Shown: positions 40,191-54,379, counted from the first letter of the stretch. The stretch: 64,000 nt of DNA from Octopus sinensis (GCF_006345805.1 NC_043000.1:37634001-37698000), one strand, 5' to 3'. Made by a program: numbers and translations. Notes: generated from the letters alone by a model not told the origin.

Positions 40191-42128
40191 TATTTCATAA
40201 AATTTGTCATCATAGCCAGTACAAAGAATGTGTAGCTTTGCGGGCTGGATAAACACATTAATGAATGAAAATGAAATAGAATGAATAAATGAGAGACGAA
40301 ACCCAACTCCCGCCGATTGGATTTTTCTCGAAAACATATTTTCTTTTTTTAAAATTCAATATTAGGTTTCAAACCTCTTACAAGAAAGAGGCTCTAAAAC
40401 CACTTACTTAACATGTTTTTTTTTTAAACACACAATTGAGGTTATAAACCACTACAAATAATACAATAAGATGAGGTTTCAAACCCTATATCGAGGGTCT
40501 TTCACCTCCTACTTTTCGATATATTCATCATTATCTTCAATGTCGCTTGAGTTCCTGTATCCCGCCATTTCCCATGCCTCACTCATGTAGGACATGTAAG
40601 TCGTGTAAGGGCCACCCAGCCATATGCGACACTCCTCCCCAAATCCTGTAAGCCTTTCCCACAAGGGAAACCTTATGACCTCCACAGCTATCTGCGGTGG
40701 CCATTAGGGATCCCGTGTGAAGGGCATATCTACTGTCTCTTTATGTTCTTCTACTATTTTTCCACCTCCCCGCCCTTATAGAAAAAGATAATTAATTGAT
40801 CATCTTTAAGGGTGGGGGTGGTTTCTTCCATCGTAAGTGGTACAACTTCGGGACATGCAGACGGCACATCATCTCCCCGCTGAGACGACCCGTTCTTCTG
40901 CCTTCTTTTCTTCTTTTCTTCCTGACTTCGGGAGAGTGGAGCTCTTCCGCTTTGTCCGGAGGCTGAAGCCTCCTCGACCACATCCACCTCTCCCTTTGAC
41001 CGGGTAAGGGAGATGGCATCTAGTGACTGTTCCAGGACCTTACCGTGGTCCTGGGGGCAGTTCCTTTTAATGTGGCCTGGCTGCAGGCACGAGTGACACT
41101 TGGGGGGACGTCCCTCAAGTATCACCGGATACCTGCAGCCAGCCATTTTCAATAAATCTGGAAGAACCAGATGTGTTGTGGCCGATGGTGTCCACAGGGT
41201 AAAAATTGCTTTTGACCCTTCCCAATCGACCGCCGGCAATACATTTACATTTAAGAGCCTGGGCCCGCCATCCCCCAGTCCCCGTTGGATGGTATCTTCA
41301 ATCCAATCCGCTTCGGTGCCTGGGGGTAACCCACATACCCAGGCTCGTATTAATTTTCTTCCACAATATGACGGAAGGAACAGAATGTCCTTGCCTTCTA
41401 AAGGCTGACTCGCAAACTGGCGAGCCTTTTCTCCGTTGTCAAACAGCAACCATACGGTTGCATGTTTGACACTACGGGATATAGATTTTAAAGAGGACAA
41501 ATATTCTTTAAGTTCATTTTTTATGACTTGTTTTGGGAAGACGGTGATGGAATTAAGAACTTGGGAATAAGTTCTAAGTACCATCGTCTTCTCCATATCT
41601 TTTAACCACTGCTTAGGCGGGTTAATTTCCCACTCTAAGACAGAGTTTTTCTTTTTAAGTTCCTTCTCTGCCATGTCAAAAAGCAGTTCAAAAGTAGTTC
41701 AAAAGACAGTCTGCCAAAAAATTAAACCGAATAAAATAAAACAAAATAAAAGAGGAGGGAAGGAAACTGAAATTAAACTAATGAAAAGAATGAACCAAAA
41801 TTTAGAAAGAAAGAAAAAAATAGAAGGGATAACTAAAAAAAAAACATCACAAATAGCAGACAGGGAATCCTTTGTATAATACTGCAAAAAGGTAATCCAA
41901 ATGGCTTATTCTTATTTTTCTGGCGAGATACGCCCACTAGAATTTACAAAAAGAATTTTCAAGCAAAAATTCTCAATTCACCGTTACGGTGATGAGAACC
42001 TAGTATTTTGCTCGCTATAGCGAGCCATAATTGACAATTTTTCTTTTTTTCTAGTCACGGAGCCGAAACTCACATCTTTTCACTGTAACAGTCCAGACCA
42101 ACTAGTGTTGCATTCTGGTTAACCGGAA
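40191..42128 (-). mobile_element. ORF1-only L1/Tx1-type (half-LINE, HAL1-like) retroposon
   Basis: 15-bp TSD (40176-40190 and 42129-42143, one mismatch). The 5' end reads (AC)TTCCGGTT, there is a single ORF1 and no RT, and the 3' end TGAAATA runs into the TSD AA to give AATAAA. Confidence 0.8.
40754..41674 (-). CDS. Gag-like ORF1 protein, 306 aa: RRM-like N-terminal region plus CCHC zinc knuckle
   Basis: Uninterrupted ORF with a gacATGG start. CHSCLQPGHIKRNC fits C-x2-C-x4-H-x4-C and is preceded by YPVILEGRPPK. VWLLF and AWVCGLPP resemble RNP-type strands (inferred by eye). Confidence 0.85.
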   Translation of the reverse strand: MAEKELKKKNSVLEWEINPPKQWLKDMEKTMVLRTYSQVLNSITVFPKQVIKNELKEYLSSLKSISRSVKHATVWLLFDNGEKARQFASQPLEGKDILFLPSYCGRKLIRAWVCGLPPGTEADWIEDTIQRGLGDGGPRLLNVNVLPAVDWEGSKAIFTLWTPSATTHLVLPDLLKMAGCRYPVILEGRPPKCHSCLQPGHIKRNCPQDHGKVLEQSLDAISLTRSKGEVDVVEEASASGQSGRAPLSRSQEEKKKRRQKNGSSQRGDDVPSACPEVVPLTMEETTPTLKDDQLIIFFYKGGEVEK

Positions 42129-42329
42129 GTAACCAAGCTACTTACCACACAACCAATCCTGCGCCTTGTCGTGATTAACCAGCAATTAACAAAGGGCCAC
42201 GGACGCTTCCCAGTCGTCCTCTTACGCAAGAACAAGCACGAGAACAATAAAATAGGAAAAATAAATTAAAATTTTTTGATTTAGAAAAGATGACATCGAA
42301 ATCAATATTAGAAATAAAAAAAGATTGGC

Positions 42330-42495
42330 ATGGGCAAAAGTGGGGGAAACGTTGTCTAGTGACTAGGATATTGCACTTACGATCACAAAGTCGTGATTTC
42401 GATCCCCGAATTGGGCGTTGCGTATTGTTCTTGAGCTAAAACATTTCATTTCACATGGTCTAGTCCTCTCAGCTGTAAATGAATTACTTTACGAC
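42330..42495 (+). mobile_element. SINE family D, degraded
   Basis: tctagtgactagg...cgatcacaaagtcgtgatttcgatcccc...ttcttgagctaaaac...ctcagctgtaaatga. Confidence 0.55.
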
Positions 42496-44797
42496 GGACT
42501 GTTGTTTCTTAGAAGCCTCTCTTAGTTTTTATATAATTTATACGGAGAAAAGAAGGATTAGCAAAAAGTTTCAGAAGCGGTGGTAAGATAGGAAAAAAAT
42601 TGAGGAAGAGTCTGAAAAAGGCGCTGTTGTGGTATGATAAAAGATAAAACAAAACGCGTTAGATAGGACAACGCCAGTCTTTCTCACATGGTGCAGTGTT
42701 CACTTTCAAAACCCTAACATATATGATACTTGAATTAGATGATTCCCAAAATTTTTGATTTTTTAAAAAGTTAGTCTTTTTTTTCAGCTGTACATAAATC
42801 GCGCCTTTTAGACACAAATAAATGGCTTTTCTTCTTTCTAAGATTTTTTACTTAATACCAAAGTTAATAGCATACTTTTTTAAGTACTATGTGCTTTGGT
42901 ATTTCTCTTAGTTCTGTACCTGAAGAATAACGTGTGGTTGAGCTGGTGTCGCTTAACCTTACTCTAAACATTTCAATATTGCATTTAATCACTTTGATAC
43001 CTTTAGGCTTAGTAAAACTGTCTTCTGCGCCATATATTATCAACATCGCATTTTATGATTGTCTGATGAACAAGCATTAGTACCGTTAGTGCATTAGTAT
43101 ACTTAGTAACTGTTAACTTAATTGACTATATCTTATATTTTCCATATTCGCTATACAGCTGCCGTTCACTCTTACTTCCAATTACCTATCGTACACGCAC
43201 TTTCTCTGTTCCCCTGCTTTATCATGTATTTTATCCACGACACTCTGCGCATTATTCTCTTACATTCTCAAGACATCATTCATCTTGCTTTTGATTAAAG
43301 ATCTTTTCCGAACTTTTATACAGATCTTTCTTCAAAATTATATAAGAATAACTCTAATGGAAACTAACTCAGCCATGCGGAGCGCCTTTTTGAACACGTC
43401 AGAATTCCGATGCATGATCATAAGCCCTCTGTACTCCTCTCAAACGCGCATGAATCGGTGCGGCTTCATATTAGATTGCTCGTCTTATATCGTCTGCTGA
43501 GTGAATTTACCAAGAAACTATTACTAATAGAGATTCTCTTCATTCACTGACAATAAAAATATATTTAAACATAACAACGTATCAATAGCGTTACTCTACT
43601 CGAAAACCATAATGACCACACAACTTTTCTTTGTATAATTTCATTTACACATTTACAACGCGCGTGTATACACGCACACACACACACATACACACTCACG
43701 TACGAACACAGACACACATTGCAGATAGGCACAAATATATGTATATCCATAAACTGATAAATATATACATAAAGATAAATGCATATATACTCATTCACAT
43801 GTAGGCATATATTTATGCGCATAAATATGCATATATAAGTTTATAAATAAATAAATATATATATATATATATATACATACATATATATATATGTATATAC
43901 ATATGTGTATATATATATTCATACACACACGCATATATACATGTATACATATACATACATATATATACATGAATGTATATGTATGAGTGTGTGCCCGCGC
44001 ACATAGACACATATGTACATAAGTATGACGAGAACAAAAGGCAGGAGTAAATAAATGACGATTTAAGTTGCTAAAGGAGAAAAATTGGAAATTAAAGCTG
44101 AACGGCAGAGAACTCGTTAAATACACGTAATAAGTGGCCGCCATCTTTGTTTATTTCTGTCACTATTTTTTCCTCTAAATTATGACACTTTGATAGAGAC
44201 GACGCCAGCTAGCCTGGCCATTTCTCTCTCATTCTCTCATTTATTTTTCCACCTCTCTCTCTTCCTCTCTTTATTTTTCTCTCTATTGTAATGAATTATT
44301 CTTTCAAATAACTTGCAATGACCAAATGCGAAGTAAAGACTAACAAAAACATAAACATTTGAATTAAAGAAAAAAAATAATTATTAGAAATATTAAAAGG
44401 AAAAAATGAACGAAAAAGAAGCAATTCAAATAAAACAACGTTTATTTTCATTTCTTCTCAAACATTTTATATTAAGATTAAGAGAAGGCAAACACAACAA
44501 AACGGAATAACAAATATCGGAAACAATGCTAATCATCTGTATAAAAACGAAAGCAATACAGTACCATACATATGTAAACAACTATACAATACGTGTTTGT
44601 ATATATAAATATATATGTACACATATATAAATCTACATGAATATGCATACACACACGCACGCATGCACATAAAAGTATATATATATATATATCTATATAT
44701 ATATATATACACATATAAACACATATATATTGCATATATATATACATATATATATATGCATATATATATATATACATATATATATATGCATATATAT

Positions 44798-44860
<63 letters not shown>

Positions 44861-45210
44861 TATATTATATATATATATATAATATATATATAGGGCCGTC
44901 TGCGTGAGTATAGAAAAAGTTGATATCAGGAAAAAATACAAGGCTTGTTTTAGTTATGTTTGGCTTCTCTTTTTATTTATTTCATTTCGTTTTATTGCAT
45001 CGTCTTTTTTTTTTTGGTGAGGTTGGTTTTAATATATTCCGAATAGTTGTAGACACATCAACAACTGTTTAATGAAATCTTTTGTTTGTTGCTCGCTCAG
45101 TGAGATGTTTCTGTTGCTGCAGGCTTACGAGAGACGCTGACATCATTTCCTTTTTCCGTTATCTTTGTTCTCCATAATATCTTTTCTTTCCCATTTCGAT
45201 TACATATATA

Positions 45211-45292
<82 letters not shown>

Positions 45293-46859
45293 TATATATA
45301 GATATAAACATTTATATATATACAACTACATACAGAAATATGTATATACATGTGTGTTTGTGTTTATGTATGTCTATATATGCACACATATATTTCTTTA
45401 TATATATATATATATGTATATGCATATATATGTACATTTGTGTGTGTTTATGTATATCTATACACACACACACACACATCTATATATACATATATATAAT
45501 TTTTTCAATCAATAAACAATCTTTTCTTTCTTATCAATCCATAATGCTTTCTTTGCGTCCCCCAAACCAATCCGCTCTTTTCCAGCCCTCCTCCTCCTCC
45601 TCCAGACACATCATCTTTTAGACTAGATTCTATTATGAATGTATAATAGCCTCACATGGAAACAAAATATTTAAACATCCCATTCTTGAGATTTCATTCT
45701 AAAATACATAAAAGAATGTTTCTTCTGCAATATCATCAACATGATATGTGAATTAGTGTGTGTGTGTGTGTGTGTGTGTGCGTACGTTGTACTTATAGAT
45801 AACGTATGAGCGAATCGTTAAAAACGTTGCTATATATATATATATATGTGTCTGTGTGTGTGTATGTATAAAAGTGTATGTATGTATGTGTATGCATACA
45901 TAAATATATATGCTTGAATGCGTGCGTGTGCATAAATATATGTATCTGTGTCTCTCTATGCATAAATATAGGCTGTGTGTTAAGACGCTTGCTTCCCAAC
46001 TACATAGTCCTAGGTTCAGTCCCACTGCGTGGCACCTTGGTCATTTATTTGTAGTGCAAATATGATATTTATTTGTAGTACCTCCTATACATAGGTATTA
46101 TCAAAGACGGATTTTTCCTTATTTGCAAAATGTAGCTTAGTCTAATTTTCGCCGAAGAAAGAAAAGTTAACATTCGTTTTATTTTCGTCTCTATTTTTAT
46201 TTCATTTTTATTTCATTGTTGTCTCATTATTATTTCATTCTTATTTCGTATTTGTTTATTCGCAATTCTTTAGTTGTTATTCGGAACCTTTATTCGTAAT
46301 TTTTACTCGTATTTTTTCTCTTTAAATTTTTTTCATTAAATGTTTATTCCTTGAGTTTTTATTCTTTAATTTTTTATTCTTTAAATTTTTAATATTCAGT
46401 TATTATTTTTATTTACTATTTGTATTTCTATTCATTTGTACATGTTAAGTAAGTTTATATTGAAGATATAGAGTATCATGGAAGTATATAAGAGTTAGGG
46501 GTAGTGAAATATGTTGAGGAATCCAGACCTGAAGATTGCGAGTATGTCGAACCGAGTAAGTATTGAAACTAGATACCTCATATCTAATCAATACCGACGT
46601 ACTTTCATGAAACACGTGTAGTCTTATAAACGGAAAATACAGGATTCAGAATATAGTTAGTATAAGATTTAATTTTTAACATTTTATGGAGTGGTCGGGT
46701 ATAAAATCTTTCAGTGTTGATTGAGTTGAAGGTGGTTCTGTCTCTAAAATTACTTTTATATATACAAATTAAACATTGAGAGATGTTCATTTTAGTACAC
46801 CTAATGTGAATGTCTTTTTCCTGTATACTCGGAAGTAATATTCTCTAATAATTATAATG

Positions 46860-46894
<35 letters not shown>

Positions 46895-47089
46895 TGTATT
46901 ATGTATGTATGTATGTATGTATGTATGTATGTATATATATATATATATATATATAGATAGATAGATATGATATAGATATAGATATATAGATATAGACATG
47001 TGTGTGTGTGTAAATATCCCAAAGGCAGCAACTATACTGAGATAAGAAATAATGCAACGAGGGAATCTCAACGTAGACTTGAAATAGCA

Positions 47090-47246
47090 GCTAAACATCC
47101 CTCCACTCTAGTTCTAGCACTTAAAAAAAATCTGGTACTTATTCTATCGGTCTGCTTTGCCGAACCGCTAAGTTACGGGGAGGTAAACACACCAACACAA
47201 ATTGCCAAGCGGTGCAGTGTCACATACACACACACACACACACGCG

Positions 47247-47299
<53 letters not shown>

Positions 47300-47430
47300 G
47301 ACGGGTTCATTTCAGTTTCCGTCTGCCAAATCCACTCACAGAGGAGACTTCCCCAAAGTGCCATGCAGTGGGACTGAACCCGGAACAATGTTCATGGGAA
47401 GAAGACTTCTTACTACACAGCCACGCGAAT
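47090..47430 (-). mobile_element. SINE family A with an internal (TA)n tract
   Basis: ctttgccgaaccgctaagttacgggg and atgcagtgggactgaacccggaac modules. Confidence 0.8.
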
Positions 47431-48134
47431 GCCTATATAGAAAGAGTTGGGTCAGTCATGGCTGGAACACCTTTGATAATAGGCTTGCTCGACCAGTCCT
47501 GGCTTGGAACCTTAACAACAATAACCACAAAACGTTTAAATTTTATACATAAATATTTTCTACATTTAATCTAGATTAATCCTAAATTGTCCAAAATAAC
47601 ATTAAGCAAAAATATGTCTCCTCATTTTTCAAAATGTTCGCCTGATATTTAGATTCCATCAAATAAAAATATCTGTGAAAGCGGAGTATTTATGGAGAAA
47701 TTTAATTGATAAATTTATATAAATATAAAGACTTGCGACTTAGTGATAATCTAAATCGAGTGGATGGATTTGAGTAAAGAATCCTTTTTGCAACAAAAAC
47801 AGATTAAAATAATAAAAATATAGTAACTCCCCACCCCTCCAAAAAACAACATTGACAGACGCGTAAATAACAAGGGAGAAGTAAACACAGAGATTTGCTA
47901 CAGTAAACATTATAGAAAGACTAATATGTATGTATGTCATATAACACAGAGATACGTACAATAAGCAGTATTCAGATCTGTAATATAACACACACGCACA
48001 CACATACGACACAAAGAATATCTAAATCCCGTGGCACAGGGGAGCTTGCTCTCTTGGTGGTGCAGTGAAAGTATGGACAGCATAACAGAATTACTACTAC
48101 TACTACTACTACTACTACTACCACTACTACCACA

Positions 48135-48202
<68 letters not shown>

Positions 48203-48519
48203 TACTGCTGTTGTTGTTGTTGTTCTTCCAATCAGGACTCTCGCCATTAGTCACAAAGAATAATCTCTAATTCGAGCCTATTCTAAGCTACTAAGAATGT
48301 GTGTGGTAACTTGAAGATCCACTCACCACACGCGATAGACTGGCGGTTGCACGGGCGCGAAAGCTACTTTGTTATCCTCATTCCGTAAACGGTGGCTTTT
48401 AACGGGTGGAGAGCTGCACCATCCTGGGGGTACAGAGGCTTCACAATCTAGACTAGGATCTGAAAGTTTACTACACCATAGTGGGTTACACCATGGTTTC
48501 TCTGCTTCGTGGAAGAAGT

Positions 48520-48707
48520 AGGAAGAAAGAGTGAGAGAAAGTTGTGGTGAAAAAGTACAACGGGTTTCACCCCCCGCCACCGCTGGAGCCTCGTGGGGCT
48601 TAGGTGTTTTTGCTCAATAAACACTCACAATGCCCAGTCTGGCAATCGAAACCGCGTTCTTACGACCGTGAGTCCGCTGCCCTAACCACTGGGCCATTGC
48701 GCCTCCA
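48520..48707 (-). mobile_element. tRNA-derived SINE family C
   Basis: The reverse complement starts tggaggcgcaatggcccagtggttagggcagcggactc...gtttcgattgcc, the same family as 56253-56442. Confidence 0.8.
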
Positions 48708-49002
48708 CTGCTGTTGTTGCTGCCGTTGCTGTTAGGTCACTGATGACCATGATGATGGTCATGGTAATGTTCATGATGGTATAGCGGTTACAGTCGTTTC
48801 TTAACATATCTCTTATGTTGGAAACAAGTCAGGTACGTAGTCCTCGGTACTTTATTCTTTTGACCTCGAAAGGACGAATGACAAATTCGACTTCGACAAG
48901 ATTTGAACACAGAAAGAAAAAAGTCAAAAAAAGACCGCTCTGCATTTTACCCGTCGCACTAACGATTCTGCCAGCTCACCGCTTTATATAATAATAATAA
49001 TG

Positions 49003-49041
<39 letters not shown>

Positions 49042-49058
49042 TAATAATAATAATAATA

Positions 49059-49092
<34 letters not shown>

Positions 49093-49126
49093 TTCTTATG
49101 GTTTCTTAAACATTCTCTAGAATAGA

Positions 49127-49502
49127 AAGTAGCTTGCTTACCAGCCACATGGTTCCAGGTTCAGTCCCACTGCGTGGTACCTTGTGCAAGTGTCTTCTAC
49201 TATAGCCTAGGGCCGACCAAAGCCTTGTGAGTAGATGTGGTAGACAGAAACTGAAAGAAGCCCGTCGTATATATGTATATGCATATGCGTGGGTTTGGGT
49301 GTCTGTGTTTATCCCCCCGCCCAACCTCGCTTGACAACCGATGCTGGTGTGTTTACGTCTCCGTAACTTAACGGTTCGGCAAAATAGACCAATAGAATAA
49401 GTACTAGGCTTACAATGAATAAGTCCTGGGGTCGATTTTCTCGACTAAAGGCGCTGCTCCAGCATGGCCGCAGCCATATGACTGAAACAAGTAAAAGAGT
49501 AA
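49127..49502 (+). mobile_element. SINE family A, slightly 5'-truncated
   Basis: Colinear with 15906-16340. Confidence 0.85.
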
Positions 49503-49639
49503 CAACACTATGTACAAAACCAAATATATGGCACCCTAGGCATAACACCAACATGAACTTCTAACTTGGTATCTCTTGGGGTTTCTGGGTGAGACTTGGA
49601 ACCAACTTGTACAAATGTAAAGCAAAAGTCAAACATAAT

Positions 49640-49672
<33 letters not shown>

Positions 49673-49728
49673 GTAATAGTAATAGTAATAATAATACTAA
49701 TAATAATAATAACAACAACAACAACAAC

Positions 49729-49765
<37 letters not shown>

Positions 49766-49790
49766 TATAATAATAATAATAATAGTAGTA

Positions 49791-49849
<59 letters not shown>

Positions 49850-49850
49850 C

Positions 49851-50394
49851 GTTTCTTTATTGGTCACAAAGACCAAACACAAAAGAAATAGGGACGATAA
49901 AATACAAGGGACAAGTGGGGTGTTGAACAATGTAGTCTATACAATAAGTAACAAAAACAATTAAAAAAACTATTAAACAATAATAATAATTCCTCAAAAT
50001 AGGAGCAAGTTCCTCACTGGGACAACCGAGGAACCCCACCCATGTTTTGGTTATGCCGACCACCAGATGCACCTCAGCAGGCGCCTCTCTCCTCAACTCC
50101 TCCGGTTTACAAACGAAAGTTCAGAGTAGGCTCATTCACACGGACCATCCTCGCCACATGCATCCACCTTTCAACAAATTTACTGGGAGCAGAACTTCCT
50201 TCTCTCTTCTCGCTTTTCTTTCTAAGTGAAACTCGAAAAAATCGATGAGGTTTTGGCCGAAGAGGAAAGTGTGTCTTCAGTCCTTTCAGTCTCGTCCACC
50301 ACACTACCTCCGTCGCTATAGCCACCAGACAGAGGAAAACTTCCTTTCCTTCCCTACCAAAGGAAGACAGGCGTGGTTGAGGGCGGTCTTCTCC

Positions 50395-50395
<1 letters not shown>
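49851..50395 (-). mobile_element. Tx1/L1-clade LINE 3' end (ORF2 C-terminus and 3' UTR) between TAA/CTA tracts
   Basis: FLCLVAIATEVVWWTRLKGLK...FVERWMHVARMVRV resembles Tx1 ORF2 C-termini. The 3' end reads ctttgtgaccaataaagaaacg then (ATT)n. Confidence 0.65.
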
Positions 50396-50460
<65 letters not shown>

Positions 50461-50535
50461 ATAATAATAATAATAATAATAATAATTAATTCTGGTTTAT
50501 TGGCCACAAGGGATATAGTAATAATAATAATAAGC

Positions 50536-51065
50536 ACTGGTTCTCCTGGCTCTTGATCTTAACTGATTGGAAGCGTTATCATGTTTTGTCTTTGTATAAA
50601 AGATGGGCTACAGCAAATATTCTGCTCAATACCACAGATTTGCTTGTCAGTTGTTTGACCTTAACCAGTTAAGCATGTCCCTTAGTGGCTGACGATATGT
50701 GCATCTCTAATCACGAGCAGAAGTAGTGGGGGAGCATCATAGCCGTGTGTTGAAAGGAATTCTTAGAGGTTTGGATAATTCACCTTTGGAAACATGGGTG
50801 GTTCGTTCAACATCCTTAAACAATCATTATTCAGGGACCTTTTGAGTGGGATGGACGACTCGACCAGCAGAAAATTCTAAGTGGGCCCCACCTGCAAGGT
50901 CATGCGCTGTTTATCTTGATATAAGATCACCATGTGGCGTTCATATGGTTGTGATGCATGTGCCTGGTGTGCCCTTGTCAGACGGGTAGTCATGATGGGT
51001 ATACTGGGCTTTGTATATTTTACCCGAATGACACTTTGATAGCATGCACTGCTCTCTCAGTCAAT
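50536..51065 (+). mobile_element. ~560-bp non-coding interspersed repeat in (TAA)n, copy A
   Basis: About 93% identical to the reverse complement of 53825-54362. It ends ...gctctctcagtc(AAT)n. Confidence 0.8.
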
Positions 51066-51094
51066 AATAATAATAATCTTTTCTGATAAAGGCG

Positions 51095-51290
51095 ATAAAG
51101 GCAGAAAGCCTGAAATTTGGGGAAGTAGGTAAGTCGATTACATCGACTCCAGTGCTTAACTTATTTCATCAACTCCGAAAGAATAGAAGGCAAAGTCGAC
51201 CTCGGCGGAATTTGAACTCACAACGTAAAGACAGATGAAATGCCGCTAAGCGTTTTACTCGGCGTGCCAACAATTCTGCTAGCTCACTGC
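51095..51290 (-). mobile_element. SINE family B
   Basis: ggcaaagtcgacctcggcggaatttgaactcac core. Confidence 0.8.
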
Positions 51291-51313
51291 ATTATATAAT
51301 AATAATAATAATG

Positions 51314-51384
<71 letters not shown>

Positions 51385-51840
51385 GATGATGATAATGATG
51401 ATCATGATAATAATATGAATAACATAAACATTAATAATAATTAATACTAATGAAAATAATAATAATAACAACAACAACAATAACAACGACAATAATAATA
51501 ATAATGATGTAATAATAATACAATAATAATAATAATATTAATGAAAATATTAACAACTACAATAATAATACAATAATAATAATTAATAATAATAATAAAG
51601 CGTTGAAGATAAAATTTTGATTGCTTAAATTTATGGAGGATGCTGATTTAATCCAAATTTCATCCAGATCTATGACAGACGCGGATTTCTGTTGAATTTA
51701 GCCACCAAGGTATTAGAACACCAATAAACAACTTTATGGTGGGGTGGAGTTGTACTGGTGTATACACGCGTACATAATACACACATATATAGAATCGATA
51801 AATACACAACCACATCTTAATACACAACACACCCACATCT

Positions 51841-51911
<71 letters not shown>

Positions 51912-52081
51912 TGTATATATGTACATGTGTCTCTGATTGTGAGTCTGTGTGTTTGCCTGCTTTTGTGTATGTGCATGTCTGTGTGCATTAATGCATATTC
52001 AGATATATCTCGCTTCAATCTTTTAGTCTCCATTTTCCCGCGTTTTCAATCTTTCTCTCAATATGTCCGCCATATATATAT

Positions 52082-52116
<35 letters not shown>

Positions 52117-52120
52117 TATG

Positions 52121-52153
<33 letters not shown>

Positions 52154-52466
52154 GTATACATATAAATATGCATATATATGCATATATATGTATATATATA
52201 TATACGTATATATATAAAATACACACATATATATATACATACACACACATATATATGCATACTACATGACTATAAACACCCCCATATATATATATATATA
52301 TATATATATCATAAATACACCTACATATTTAAGTATATATGCATAATACATATTTTTTATATATACTCATGAATATATATAGACTCAAAAATGTACATGT
52401 ATACGTACAAATATATATATATCTATATATATACTTACATATATTTTACATACACGCGCATATATG

Positions 52467-52562
<96 letters not shown>

Positions 52563-53029
52563 CGCACACATAATTGCATAAAACAAACTTATCTATATCT
52601 ATCTTCATCTCATCTCTCTATCATTATTTACGTGCATAAAAAATGGGTATGTATATGTATACACACATATACATACACATATGTGCATATGTGTACATGC
52701 ACACACACACACACACATATATACGAACAAGTCTGATAAAGGCAATGCTGCGTTATAAAGAATAAGTTTTGATGGCTATAAAAGATTTCCTCACTTTATC
52801 AAACCACATTGCCAATAACCGTATTTCCATAGACAGAACAGCATATTAATAGTATCTGGCGAATATTTACTACAGGAATTATGGTTACATAGTTGATGCC
52901 ACAGGGAGATATCTAGACCGGAATCAGCGCTCATTAATCTTCTCCCTACCGTTTCAAGAACCGACCACTTATCCCCATCTTTCTCTTTCGCAGTATTGCA
53001 CTACCGTTAATCTGATACGAAACGAAATA

Positions 53030-53570
<541 letters not shown>

Positions 53571-53614
53571 TAATTTTCGGATATTTAATTTCTTTCTTAT
53601 TTTCATTATTTAAG

Positions 53615-53805
53615 GAACGAATCTGGCGATCTGGCTGAATCGTTAGCACGCTAGACAAAATGCGTACATTCTGTGTTCAAATTTCGCCGTGGTCGACTTT
53701 GTCTTTCATCCTTTCGGAGTCGATAAATAAAGGACCAGCGAAAAACTAGGGTCAATGTAATCGACTTCACCGAAAATTGTTGACCTTGTGGCAGAATTTG
53801 AAACC
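53615..53805 (+). mobile_element. SINE family B
   Basis: ggcgatctggctgaatcgttagcacg head and gttcaaatttcgccgtggtcgactttg core. Confidence 0.8.
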
Positions 53806-53824
53806 ATTATTATTGTTATTATTA

Positions 53825-54379
53825 TTGACTGAGAGAGCAGTGCATGTCATCAAAGTGACACTGGGATAAAATATACAAAGCCCAGTATACCCATCATGAC
53901 TACCCGTCTGATAAGGGCATACCAGGCACATGCATCACAACCATATGTGCGCCACATGGTGATCTCATAACAAGGTAAACAGCGCATGACCTTGCAGGTG
54001 GGGCCCACTTAGAATTTTCTTCTGGTCGAGTAGCCCATCCCACTCAAAAGGTCCCTGAATACTGATTGTTTAAGGATGTTGAACGAACCACCCATGTTTC
54101 CAAAGGTGAATTATCCAAACCTCTAAGAATTCCTTTCAACACACAGCTATGATGCTCCCCCACTACTTCTGCTCGTGATTAGAGATGCACATATCGTCAG
54201 CCACTAAGGGACATGCTCTACTGGTTAAGGTCAAACAACTGACAATCAAATCTGCGGTATTGAGCAGGATATTTGTTGTAGCCCATCTTTTATACCAAGA
54301 CAAAAAATGTACATGATAACACTTCCAATCAGTTAAGATCATAAGCCACGAGAGCCACTGTCTTGTACTGCATCAGGGC

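Larger units (their letters stand above)
39760..42165 (-). mobile_element. SINE family A copy split by a 1938-bp insertion (pieces 39760-40190 and 42129-42165)
   Basis: The SINE reads ...ggaaccatgtggttg-gtaaccaaactactt, stops, and resumes as gtaaccaagctactt-accacacaaccaatcctgcgcc at 42129. This matches the intact head at 15906. Confidence 0.9.

Noticed and set aside
40600-40720. HDV-like ribozyme fold around GGCCACC/GGTGGCC
   Set aside because: I could not place P2/P3/L3 in the required order on either strand.
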